This document shows, one piece after another, positions 27,019-36,168 of a stretch of 64,000 nt of DNA. The stretch lies in IMG/VR virus record IMGVR_UViG_3300020183_000010; one strand, given 5' to 3'. The position numbers and the translations under genes are program-made. Position 1 is the first letter of the stretch, and each line of letters starts with the position of its first letter. This DNA is from a virus. Under the pieces are notes generated by a model that saw nothing but the letters and a program-made list of their open reading frames with translations, did not search any database and was not told the origin of the DNA.

Positions 27019-28809
27019 CTAGATGATAGCAGTAGCAGTTCCAGTGTTAACGTGGAAGCAGAAATACATTGTTTCTGGGTGGTGACCAGCCTCAACTAAA
27101 GAGTAACGAGATTTAACCGCGATTTTAGGAGACATAGTACCCTCAGAGATAGTCTGAATTGACTCAGCCATCATGTAAGGCATGAACTTCATACCTGGCT
27201 CATCATCAGCACCTTTTCTACCAACTAATACTCTAGTGTCACCGAATGACATGTTTTGATCAACATATACTGTCATACCAGCAAGTGAACCTACAGGGTA
27301 TAAAGTACCGTTGTTTTGAGTAAGTGTGTTAGTAAACGGAGCGAATGTAAACTGACTGATGTCTTGTAAAGCAGACGCGATTTGAGAGTTAGTAACGATG
27401 AAGTTAGCAGGACCTCTACGACCTCTGTTAGCAACTACGTTAGCAGCAGCTAAGATACGAGAGTAAAGTCTTCTTTGAACTGTTGATAAGTTCTCAAAAG
27501 TACCTGAAGCAGGACCAGCAACTGCACCTGGTTTAGAACCACCTGTAACAGCAGTACCTTGTTTACCGATGTATTCAGGAACTGTATAAGTAGCAGCACC
27601 ACCAATTACTAAGTTTAAGTTAAGGTTAGTACCTTCTGTTACTAAGAACTGAGAGTGGTTAGACCATCCAAGAGCGTATGCTCTAGATAAGATGTGCTTG
27701 TTAATAGCTTGAGAAACCTCGTTAACAAGTGCGTTCTCGATCATAGAAACTACGTCGATACCGAACTGCTTGTTAAGGTCTTGGATTTGCTCAGTAGTAA
27801 CAGAAGCAGCAACTTGGAAAGTACCAGCTTCTACGAACTTAGTGAAAGTAGAAAGACCTAATGACTTATAGTAACTAGTCTCACCTACTCCTCTTAACAT
27901 AGGATCGTAGTTTTTAGTACCGTCTACGTATGGACCTTGAAAATCGTTAGTGTTGTTAGGACCAGCTCCAGAGAAACCTTGGATATGATCTTCTAACGTT
28001 TTAACTAATACAGCTGAACCAGCAGTAGAAGCAGCAGGAGTAGCTGAAGTTACAGTAACGATGTTAGTTGCAGAAGCAAAAGTAGCGTTAAAGATATCAG
28101 CTGTACCAGCAGCAGGAATTGCATCAGAAACTGATTTACCTTTGGTGATACCCATTACTCTAAAGATTGGGAAACCATCGATACGTGAGTTACCGATAAA
28201 TTCTGCATAAATAACTGAAGTTGCTGTAGAGTCTAAGTCATAAGTTATAGCACTTAAAGCAACACCAATTGCATAAACATTACCTACTGTAAGACCAGTT
28301 GCTGGAGAAGCAATAGCCGTAGGAATTTTTACCATGTCTGGTGTGTTAGCAGTGTAAGTAGTGGTAGAATCTTGAGATGTACCAGCTAATGTACCACCTG
28401 CATATACGTAGTCTAAGTAAGATAATACTCCTGTAGGACCAGCCATAGGGATAACAGGAACGATGTCAAAACCAACGGTTTTAGCAGCTACCTGAATAGC
28501 CAATGGAAGTAATGATGGGAATTTATCACCAGAACCAACGTATGGACGACCAGCGTCATAAGTGTTGTTGTAGTAGAAACCAGCAGGACCCGCACCAGCT
28601 GCACCACCTTGGTAGTTACCAGCAGGAAGTACGTTACCCATACCGTTTAATACGCCTAGAGAGTTATAAGCTCCGGCAGATTCGTTTAATGAATGGAAGT
28701 GGCAATATTTAGATAACCACTCTACCTTTGAACGATCCGTCATACCGGTCTTACTCTCGATAATTGGAGACCATGTTTCGTAGATCTCGTTTTCGTTTAA
28801 GAGTTGCAT
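27019..28809 (-). CDS. gp23: Major capsid protein (T4 gp23-like)
   Basis: W.PI.E N-terminus, GFDIVPVIPMAGPTG, EQIQDL, ANVVANRGRRGPANFIVT, GRKG, FMPY, TMSPKIAVKSRY. Confidence 0.92.
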   Translation of the reverse strand: MQLLNENEIYETWSPIIESKTGMTDRSKVEWLSKYCHFHSLNESAGAYNSLGVLNGMGNVLPAGNYQGGAAGAGPAGFYYNNTYDAGRPYVGSGDKFPSLLPLAIQVAAKTVGFDIVPVIPMAGPTGVLSYLDYVYAGGTLAGTSQDSTTTYTANTPDMVKIPTAIASPATGLTVGNVYAIGVALSAITYDLDSTATSVIYAEFIGNSRIDGFPIFRVMGITKGKSVSDAIPAAGTADIFNATFASATNIVTVTSATPAASTAGSAVLVKTLEDHIQGFSGAGPNNTNDFQGPYVDGTKNYDPMLRGVGETSYYKSLGLSTFTKFVEAGTFQVAASVTTEQIQDLNKQFGIDVVSMIENALVNEVSQAINKHILSRAYALGWSNHSQFLVTEGTNLNLNLVIGGAATYTVPEYIGKQGTAVTGGSKPGAVAGPASGTFENLSTVQRRLYSRILAAANVVANRGRRGPANFIVTNSQIASALQDISQFTFAPFTNTLTQNNGTLYPVGSLAGMTVYVDQNMSFGDTRVLVGRKGADDEPGMKFMPYMMAESIQTISEGTMSPKIAVKSRYSLVEAGHHPETMYFCFHVNTGTATAII

Positions 28810-28818
28810 TTTGTTAGA

Positions 28819-30912
28819 TTATTTTTTAAATCTTTTTTCTAACTCTGCCGCTATATTCTGCATGTAAGAATTACTTACTCCATTATTAGCATTAGGGTTA
28901 GTGTTTTGAGATTCGTTTAAGAATTCAGTTGATGATTCTGGTTTTACAGAAGCCATTCCTCTAGTTCTCCAGAAGTGATTGATCTGATAAGGAGTGTCTA
29001 ATCTGTAGAATTTGCTTTGAGCAACAATAGATGCTCTTTGCGATTCGTTTAGACCTTCCCAAGTAGGAATCAAATCAGTAGGAATCATATCAAGGAATTT
29101 CTCTCCAGATTCAACTTGTTCAGTTAAAGCGGATCCCATAATTTGAACTACATCCGTACCCGAATTATAGTTCTGCTCATTAAGAGCCTTAACGACCTTT
29201 TGTTTTTCGGCCTCGTTCAAGGATAAAAATCCTTTCTTAGTTCTGTCATCGACAAGTTTTAAGAAAGAGAATTTATTTTCGTTTATAATCTCGTCTGTTT
29301 TAGCAGTGCTAACAGATTCGATAAGTTTATCAACTTTAGAAGAAAGATCTGTATAATCTCCAGAGAAACCTGAAGTTCTTTTTCCTTCATTAATAGATTC
29401 GTTTACGTTTTGTGCAAGATTTTTTCTTGTGTTTCCTCCTCTATTAATAGACTCTGCTAAATATTCAGTATAGTCAATTCCGGATTTAACTTTTTCAGCA
29501 ATGTAATCTGAATAGTTAATGTTACCGTTTAATTTTTCCCCTAAATAATCAGAGTAAGAAATATTTTGATCTAATTTTTCTCCTAAGTAATCAGAATATG
29601 TAATGCTCTTATCTAAGTTTTCAGCTAGATAATCAGAGTAAGAAATATTCTTGTCTAAGTTCTCAGCTAAATATTCAGAGTAAGAAATATTCTTGTCTAA
29701 GTTCTCAGCTAAATATTCAGAGTAAGAAATATTTTTGTCTAGGTTTTCTCCCAGATATTCAGAGTAAGAAATATTCTTGTCTAAGTTCTCAGCTAAATAT
29801 TCAGAGTAAGAAATGTTTCTATCTAAATTCTCAGCTAGGTATTTGCTATAAGCTATATTGTTATCAAGATTTTCTGCGATATATTCAGAGTAAGAAATAT
29901 TTCCGTCAACGTGCTCAGCTAAATATTTAGCATAAGTAATAGCATTGTCTAAATTTTCAGCTAGATATTTGTTGTAAGAAATAGATCCTTCTAAATTTTC
30001 AGCTAAATAATCTCCGTATTTAATAGCAGATTCTAAATTTTCAGCTAAGTATTCTGAATATTTTTCTAATCTTTGGATTCTTTCTTCTAAACCTGAATCA
30101 TCAGAATTAGATGATAAATTAAAATTAGAAGATCCTCTAGAAATAGATTTCATTTCATTTTTCAATGAATCCATCTCTCTCTTAAGAATCAATGAATATT
30201 CGTTTAGCTCCTCTGCAGTGACAAAGTTATTGTCCATGTTTCTTGAATTATTTATGTTTTCTTTTAAAAGCCTAGAGATTTTCTCCGTGTCTTTTATTCT
30301 ATATATCTGAGTGTTAGAATTTTTTCTAAGCCCAAAACTTTCATTTATGTTAGTTAATGAATAAATAATTGAATCTTTTACTGATTCCGAAGGTAGATGA
30401 GATCCTAAACTTTCATAAACTCTCTCTAATTGAGCATTTTCGAATCCAGGATCAGCAACTAAGTCATATGTAAATATTTTCTTAATTTCTACTTTTTTAT
30501 TCTCTTTAACATTACCAGCTGCTCTAGATGATATAGAAACAGGAATACCTGCATCGATCAAGCTCTTAGCTATTTTACCTGCTGGTGTATCTAGAAGCTT
30601 AACCTTGATTTTTACGTTTCTGTTTCCTTTATCATAAGAAAGATCTGTAATAACGTGTGATATGTTTTTAAGAGAAACATCAAACTCTTTAGGGTGATCT
30701 AATTCACCAACTAAACGATTCTGATCTATTTTCTTTTTAAGATAATCTAAGTGAGGAAGATATTCATTTTCCTCATAGATTCTGTGATTAGAGTTTTCAA
30801 CTCCAAATACAGCAGCGATCCCTTCAAGAAAATAATCACCACCTTCTTTTTTAGTAGTAAGGTTGTGAGACGATTTCTCTAATATCAGTACGTAATCTAG
30901 GTTATTTTCCAT
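28819..30912 (-). CDS. gp21: Prohead protease (T4 gp21-like) fused to a scaffold-like coiled-coil region
   Basis: LEGIAA..N.N.RIY, GELDHP, SHVI, LDTPAGKIAKSL, SISSRAAG, TYDLVADPGF in the N-terminal ~170 aa, then a repeat-rich helical region; directly upstream of gp23. Confidence 0.9.
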   Translation of the reverse strand: MENNLDYVLILEKSSHNLTTKKEGGDYFLEGIAAVFGVENSNHRIYEENEYLPHLDYLKKKIDQNRLVGELDHPKEFDVSLKNISHVITDLSYDKGNRNVKIKVKLLDTPAGKIAKSLIDAGIPVSISSRAAGNVKENKKVEIKKIFTYDLVADPGFENAQLERVYESLGSHLPSESVKDSIIYSLTNINESFGLRKNSNTQIYRIKDTEKISRLLKENINNSRNMDNNFVTAEELNEYSLILKREMDSLKNEMKSISRGSSNFNLSSNSDDSGLEERIQRLEKYSEYLAENLESAIKYGDYLAENLEGSISYNKYLAENLDNAITYAKYLAEHVDGNISYSEYIAENLDNNIAYSKYLAENLDRNISYSEYLAENLDKNISYSEYLGENLDKNISYSEYLAENLDKNISYSEYLAENLDKNISYSDYLAENLDKSITYSDYLGEKLDQNISYSDYLGEKLNGNINYSDYIAEKVKSGIDYTEYLAESINRGGNTRKNLAQNVNESINEGKRTSGFSGDYTDLSSKVDKLIESVSTAKTDEIINENKFSFLKLVDDRTKKGFLSLNEAEKQKVVKALNEQNYNSGTDVVQIMGSALTEQVESGEKFLDMIPTDLIPTWEGLNESQRASIVAQSKFYRLDTPYQINHFWRTRGMASVKPESSTEFLNESQNTNPNANNGVSNSYMQNIAAELEKRFKK
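29450..30065 (-). repeat. 42-bp (14-aa) tandem repeat, about 14-15 copies, consensus YLAENLDKNISYSE
   Basis: Counted from the translation; near-identical DNA copies at ~29620-29830. Confidence 0.92.
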
Positions 30913-30923
30913 TTTTGTTTTTT

Positions 30924-30931
30924 TATATATC
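30924..30931 (-). promoter_or_regulatory. GATATATA late-type promoter motif
   Basis: 11 nt before the prohead protease ATG. Confidence 0.7.
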
Positions 30932-30934
30932 TAA

Positions 30935-33544
30935 TTATGCTTCGGATTCTTCGCCACCCTCAGATCCTGCATTTGAATTTATTTCATCAGCTACACCATC
31001 TGTTATTTCTTCCATAGCTGATGAAAGCATTTCTAAATCTTCTTCTGTTATATTTTTAAGATTTTCAGAAAGCTTAGCTTCGTTAGAATTTAATTTACCC
31101 GTTGCTGCCACGGAAGCATCTTTAGCATCTTCGAATTCTATAGCCATACCGTTAGTAGGATTTTTAGTTTTAAATGATTTAGGGAATCCTGGAATAGTAT
31201 CCATATCAGTAACCATATCTTTAAAGAATCCTCCAATTCCACCGGAAGTAATAGAAGCTATATCTCCTTCTAGACTTCCTCCATCAAATGAAGCATATTG
31301 TCTTTTAACTAAGTTCCAAACTGAAACTGCTTTACCGTCTCCAGTATCTGTAAATGTTCCTCTACAAAGAATAAGCGTAGAGAATATAGCTAGCATGTCT
31401 TGAGATGAAACCGTACCACCTAAGCTGTTATATAAACCTCTAGCCATAGCTCTAACTGCTACGTCTTCTATAAATCCGTTGTATACCATTATCGTTACAG
31501 GTTTTCTGTCGTCACCTATCCATTTAGCTACAGATGCACCTCCTATTGCTCCTGTTACTACGGTTAGCGTTCCTGCTCCTATCGCACTCACTGCCCCCGC
31601 TCCAATTACTGCGGTAGCTCCTGTTCCAACTGCTCCAACTGCAGCAGCTACTCCAGGTATTGCTATTCCTCCTGATCCCACAGCAGCAACTACTCCACCA
31701 ACAATAACTCCTGTTACTAAAGCTCCTTTACCTATATCTCCCCACCAGTCTGCCCAACTTTCATCGTAGTAAATAGTATATGCTCCGTCAACAACAGGTT
31801 TTAAACCTTTCCATTTTATCTGTTCTCCTGTTCCGCCTGTTTCTCCTGTGCCTCCAGTACCTCCTGTGCCTCCAGTACCTCCTGTTGCTCCGACACAATC
31901 TAATACTTTACCTTGCTCTAAAGATTTCTTAACACAGTTGTCTACAATTTTCTTTTGTGCAGGTGCAGGTGCAGGTGCAGGAGCTGCAGTACCACCAGTA
32001 GCGGCTGCATCTGCTTTATCGTCCTTAGCTCTAAGTCTATCAAATACGTTTTGCTCGTCAAGTTTTTTGAAAGAATAAGATTCTTCTATCACCGAGTAGA
32101 AATCTTCGAATGATAAAACGGAAGATCCTTTTATTTCCTCTCTTTCTTGTATTTTTTGGTCAACGTCCATTTCTTCGAAATCGTCGAAGTAATAAGTATT
32201 GTTATAACCTTCTATAATTATTGAAGTGACATCAACATCAGCATCAGTTAGAGCCATTATTGCATCGTACATAGGTTCACTAAGTTCGGAAGTTAGTGCC
32301 TGCCCACTTTGTCCAGATAAATAACCCCAAACAATATTACTTACTGCTGCTGTTCCCTTTCCGTATACTTTATCTTGTCCACCGAATTTTGCTAAATAAG
32401 TTTTAGCCGATGGGATAAGATCCATTAGTTTTTTCTGTAATTCTCCTACTTGTGTACATTTTTTATTCAATACAATAGGGAATGTACATTCTTTAACAGG
32501 AGTAGGAGTAGGAGTAGGCTTAGGCTTAGGCTTATTTTCTTGCTTAACTACATCAACACATTTTCCTAGTGCTTTATCGTAAACTTGTCCAGGTCCACAC
32601 ACTGGATCAGTAACAACCTCCTGCGCTGGTATTTTTAATAAAGATGCCTTAAGTCTTTCATATTCTTTTTTCTGACGAATAATCTCATTTATAAGATCAT
32701 CTTGCTTTCTTTTATATTCTTTTGCTTTAAATTCACCTGTTGGTGTAACTATTTTACCTCCAAGAGCTCCAGCTCTGTCGATCATTTGTAAATCTTGAGA
32801 TTTTTTATATAATGAATCTGCTATCTCTTTATATCTTTTTACGTCAGAGTTGTCTTTTAGTGTAGGAACATACTTATCTCTATCAACCATACCAACAAAA
32901 GAATTAGCAGCATCTAAAGACTCTTTTGATTTATTAAAAGCTTGACCTCTAAATTCTGCATCAGTTGTGTCAGTTTCGTCTCCGGTTTTTCTTTTTTCTG
33001 ATAACCCCTCTTTTACAACCAATCCTTTTTTAACAACTTCACCAAAAAGTTTAGGGTTTGTTTTTTTCATCTGTGCTTCCCTATCTCTAAGGTCATTAGT
33101 AAAGTTTTCAAGAATTTTAGCTATTGTATCATTCTTTAAACTTTTAAACATTTTAGGATCTCCTAAAACTGCCTCGACGTCTCCGCTTAATATTGAGTTA
33201 ATCATTTTTATGTTTCCTTCGTAAGAAACCTTTTGAGCTGGATCAAGAACAGATAACGATTCAATAAACGAAAGAACATATTGTCTGAAAGCTCCAAAAT
33301 TGTCAGCGCTTAATATCTTATTTTTTATAGATTCAAAACCCCTTACCGTTTTAGCATCTTCCATTTTAGATGAAAGTAGTAAACTAAACATAGTATTTAG
33401 TGTGGTAACAACAGCAGTTATTGTGTCTATTGCTCTCTCTTTTCTGGATGATCTGTCCTCTTCGTTTAGAAGAGAATTTTTCATGCTTTCGAAAATGGGA
33501 TTAAATCCCCCGTAGATGTCTTTTTTCATGTTATTATTATTCAT
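30935..33544 (-). CDS. Large putative head/ejection protein with hydrophobic hairpin
   Basis: FNPIFES...LLNEE N-terminus, KP/TP, AP and GGT linkers, PG-binding-like VGELQKKL...DKVYGKGTAA, internal VLSFEDF, and a ~65-aa uncharged Gly/Ala/Val stretch. Confidence 0.6.
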   Translation of the reverse strand: MNNNNMKKDIYGGFNPIFESMKNSLLNEEDRSSRKERAIDTITAVVTTLNTMFSLLLSSKMEDAKTVRGFESIKNKILSADNFGAFRQYVLSFIESLSVLDPAQKVSYEGNIKMINSILSGDVEAVLGDPKMFKSLKNDTIAKILENFTNDLRDREAQMKKTNPKLFGEVVKKGLVVKEGLSEKRKTGDETDTTDAEFRGQAFNKSKESLDAANSFVGMVDRDKYVPTLKDNSDVKRYKEIADSLYKKSQDLQMIDRAGALGGKIVTPTGEFKAKEYKRKQDDLINEIIRQKKEYERLKASLLKIPAQEVVTDPVCGPGQVYDKALGKCVDVVKQENKPKPKPTPTPTPVKECTFPIVLNKKCTQVGELQKKLMDLIPSAKTYLAKFGGQDKVYGKGTAAVSNIVWGYLSGQSGQALTSELSEPMYDAIMALTDADVDVTSIIIEGYNNTYYFDDFEEMDVDQKIQEREEIKGSSVLSFEDFYSVIEESYSFKKLDEQNVFDRLRAKDDKADAAATGGTAAPAPAPAPAQKKIVDNCVKKSLEQGKVLDCVGATGGTGGTGGTGGTGETGGTGEQIKWKGLKPVVDGAYTIYYDESWADWWGDIGKGALVTGVIVGGVVAAVGSGGIAIPGVAAAVGAVGTGATAVIGAGAVSAIGAGTLTVVTGAIGGASVAKWIGDDRKPVTIMVYNGFIEDVAVRAMARGLYNSLGGTVSSQDMLAIFSTLILCRGTFTDTGDGKAVSVWNLVKRQYASFDGGSLEGDIASITSGGIGGFFKDMVTDMDTIPGFPKSFKTKNPTNGMAIEFEDAKDASVAATGKLNSNEAKLSENLKNITEEDLEMLSSAMEEITDGVADEINSNAGSEGGEESEA

Positions 33545-34331
33545 TATATATATTTGAATATGCTTTAGAGATTAACTCTATTATCTTTTCTATATATCCT
33601 TCGTTTCTTAATTTTTTAAATGCTAAGTTTTCGACTGAAAATTCGCCTTCTCTTTCTAATCCCTCTTTTCGCATCCTCATTATTTTTTTCTTTATTTCTA
33701 AAGCATGGTTGTAAATTTCAATCTCTGTAGCTGTTGAAAAATCAGATGATGCCATTATATTTTCCATTTTTAGTATATCGGATACTATTCCTTGGAATTT
33801 TAGATCTACGTCTTTATAATCTATCTCAGGCGGATTGTATTTAGGTACTCTTATCCATTCATTTTTTAATAAAGAGTATAGTCCGGATGCAGTATGAGGC
33901 TCATTGATATCCTGAACATATAGTTCTACATCATATCCTCTTATTTTTATTTTGTGTCTAAGATTCCATATAAATCTTACCCCATCAACAGCTTTTTTAA
34001 CAAGCGGAAAGTTTTCGTCTATTTCAGTAAAATCTATTAAGACGTGGACATCTAGATCTGATTTGTCAGTCCAATTATAATTAGCTAAAGAACCAGTTAA
34101 TTGGATATCACTTATTTCTGGTTCAAATCCTAGAGATGAATAGAAATCTTCTGCTAATTCTAGAAGTTTTTTTCTTAGTTCCGGATCAAATTCGTAATTC
34201 TCTGCTCCTGCGCTTTCTGGTAGATCATCACTAATTTTTTTCCAGAAGGATGTATTTAATTCTTTCTTGTAAAAATCGTCTCTTTCCTCTTTCTCTAAGA
34301 CCCAAGAGTAAAAATTTAAAATATTCTTCAA
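33537..34331 (-). CDS. Pol-beta superfamily nucleotidyltransferase
   Basis: LTGSLANYNWTDKSDLDVH (GS...DxD) plus DVELY; TTG start. Confidence 0.8.
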   Translation of the reverse strand: MKNILNFYSWVLEKEERDDFYKKELNTSFWKKISDDLPESAGAENYEFDPELRKKLLELAEDFYSSLGFEPEISDIQLTGSLANYNWTDKSDLDVHVLIDFTEIDENFPLVKKAVDGVRFIWNLRHKIKIRGYDVELYVQDINEPHTASGLYSLLKNEWIRVPKYNPPEIDYKDVDLKFQGIVSDILKMENIMASSDFSTATEIEIYNHALEIKKKIMRMRKEGLEREGEFSVENLAFKKLRNEGYIEKIIELISKAYSNIYNE

Positions 34332-34364
34332 ATCTGGATATTACTTTAACGTATATATCCAGAT
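34332..34364 (-). promoter_or_regulatory. GATATATA motif overlapping a perfect 10-bp inverted repeat next to the start codon
   Basis: atctggatat (34332-34341) and atatccagat (34355-34364); motif at 34352-34359. Confidence 0.65.
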
Positions 34365-34374
34365 GTGATATCTA

Positions 34375-35070
34375 TTACGACGTCATTCTCTTAAAACAAT
34401 TCATAGTACAAACTACATCTTGCTCGCAATATGATTTTATTTCTTCAGATCTTCCTTCCCAATAAAATTCATGAACTTGAGAACCCTCCATATTATCCTT
34501 AGAAGTTGGTATACCTAAAACATGAGATATTAGATCTAGGGATGAAAAAGTTTGTCCCCAAGCTCCAAATGCAAATATTTCAGCAAGGTCCAAAAATGAT
34601 GTCTCCCATGGTTTTTTATTCCAGGTCTGTATTATAGGGTCTGGTGTTAATCCATTTATTATCATTCTTTTTCCTAGATACGGGACGTCAAAGTTTTTTA
34701 TATTTTGGCCTGCTAGTTTATAAGATTTAGATCTGGAATTTGCTAAAACTTTATTTGTTTTTTCTAATATATCTTTCTCGTCGTCTCCATAAAAGCTTGT
34801 TAGTCTTTCTAATCCCTCTGGAGTAAAAACTCCGAAAGTTACGCAGACTACTCTTCCAAACTCAGGATGTAAAGAAGACCTGTTGATCCATAAATCGCTG
34901 GGATCAGTTGATTCACCAGGTTCCACTTGCTTTTGAAGCCATTTACATCTTTTAATCCATAATTCTGCTAAATGTGGATCTTTGTTTTTTAGCTCGTCTA
35001 ATGTGGGGTGTAGTCCAGCTGTTTCAATATCGAAAAAGATGGATCCATCTAGTATTCCTTGGTGTAACAT
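34375..35070 (-). CDS. Stand-alone DEDD 3'-5' exonuclease (PolB proofreading-domain-like)
   Basis: FFDIET (ExoI), GQNIKNFDVPYL (ExoII), YCEQDV (ExoIII). Confidence 0.85.
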   Translation of the reverse strand: MLHQGILDGSIFFDIETAGLHPTLDELKNKDPHLAELWIKRCKWLQKQVEPGESTDPSDLWINRSSLHPEFGRVVCVTFGVFTPEGLERLTSFYGDDEKDILEKTNKVLANSRSKSYKLAGQNIKNFDVPYLGKRMIINGLTPDPIIQTWNKKPWETSFLDLAEIFAFGAWGQTFSSLDLISHVLGIPTSKDNMEGSQVHEFYWEGRSEEIKSYCEQDVVCTMNCFKRMTS

Positions 35071-35084
35071 GATATATAGTTTAT

Positions 35085-35351
35085 ATGGAAAAATACGGTT
35101 ATAAAAACATAAGCTCTAGAAACGAGTTTGAAAAAGCTGCTAAGGGAGACGGTCGAGTAGATCATGGTCCTGTAGTGGGGGACGAGCTTACAACTTATGA
35201 TTTTGTAGATCTTAAGAAAAAAGGTGACTGGGGAATGCCAGGACAAACTAGATACTATGTTAAAACCATCGAGGATCTCATAAAAGCAAATGATAAAATG
35301 AGTAAATCTATTACTAATCAAAGAAAGCCTAAGGGTTATGTTGCTTGGTAA
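35085..35351 (+). CDS. Small hypothetical late protein
   Basis: 88-aa ORF with GATATATA at 35071-35078 just before the ATG. Confidence 0.65.
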   Translation: MEKYGYKNISSRNEFEKAAKGDGRVDHGPVVGDELTTYDFVDLKKKGDWGMPGQTRYYVKTIEDLIKANDKMSKSITNQRKPKGYVAW

Positions 35352-35383
35352 AAAGTAATACATATATCAAAAATAATAATATT

Positions 35384-36136
35384 CTATTTAGGTTCTGGTA
35401 AATTGTTATCGAAAGCAACGTCAATTATTAAATTGTAGGGATTAAGATCCTTGATAGTTATCGTTTCCTCTTGATTGGAAGGACAATAAAACATAATAGG
35501 ATTGGATCTTTCAGCCCAAGTAGAAGCAGCAAGAAAGAGACTTTCTTTATATGTTAAACCTCCTTGATTAGTTCTGTGTGATCCGGTTCGGAATATTATA
35601 GGAATCTTCTTTTCTATGTAAGTAACAGAAAGCAAATCCTTAACAGAGAAAAGACTAGGTTTTTCATCATTTATTATTGCTATTTGTTTTTGTATCCTCC
35701 ACGGAAGGGTATCAAAGAATTTGCAGAAATCATACATACTTTTTCTTCTATTCCCATTTGCTCCCCCTATGTGGCATATAAGGGGGATATCAAATCTTCC
35801 GGCGTCTATCTCCTCTATGAATTTACCTATTCTTATAATTTCATTTTTAGCATTTTTTCTTGATTCTGAATCGTTAGAAACTATATGATTTTTACTTTTT
35901 ATATAAAAAGCTATCCTTATATTTAAATCATCCAAATAATGAAAAAATCTTTCCTTTTCTGATTCTGTAACTTCAATTGAAAATTCTATATCTTTTTCCG
36001 ATAGTTCTACTATAAAAAGCTTATATCCAACGCTTAAATAACTTTTAATTCTGTCACATATAATTCTAGCTAAAGAATTTTCTCTTAAATTTCCCTCTGG
36101 AATTCTTATGACAAATCCGTTTCTTATTGTCTCCAT
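35384..36136 (-). CDS. Degenerate UvsE (UV damage endonuclease)-like TIM-barrel protein
   Basis: ICHIGGANG, AIINDEKPSLFSVKDLL, IPIIF, LAASTW follow the UvsE pattern, but several metal ligands appear replaced. Confidence 0.6.
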   Translation of the reverse strand: METIRNGFVIRIPEGNLRENSLARIICDRIKSYLSVGYKLFIVELSEKDIEFSIEVTESEKERFFHYLDDLNIRIAFYIKSKNHIVSNDSESRKNAKNEIIRIGKFIEEIDAGRFDIPLICHIGGANGNRRKSMYDFCKFFDTLPWRIQKQIAIINDEKPSLFSVKDLLSVTYIEKKIPIIFRTGSHRTNQGGLTYKESLFLAASTWAERSNPIMFYCPSNQEETITIKDLNPYNLIIDVAFDNNLPEPK

Positions 36137-36168
36137 ATTATTTTTATAGATAAAAATGAATAAGTTTC

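Noticed and set aside
27016-27021. Alternative genetic code (TAG read as Gln, as in some large phages)
   Set aside because: Conserved genes are full length in code 11, and the capsid gene ends TAG TAG TAA just before a terminator.
29450-30065. Regular 42-bp repeats as a possible CRISPR array
   Set aside because: No unique spacers; the repeats are in-frame coding units with synonymous variation.
35049-35363. 104-aa minus-strand ORF
   Set aside because: Antisense to the 88-aa plus-strand ORF, which has an exact GATATATA motif and more protein-like composition; not fully excluded.
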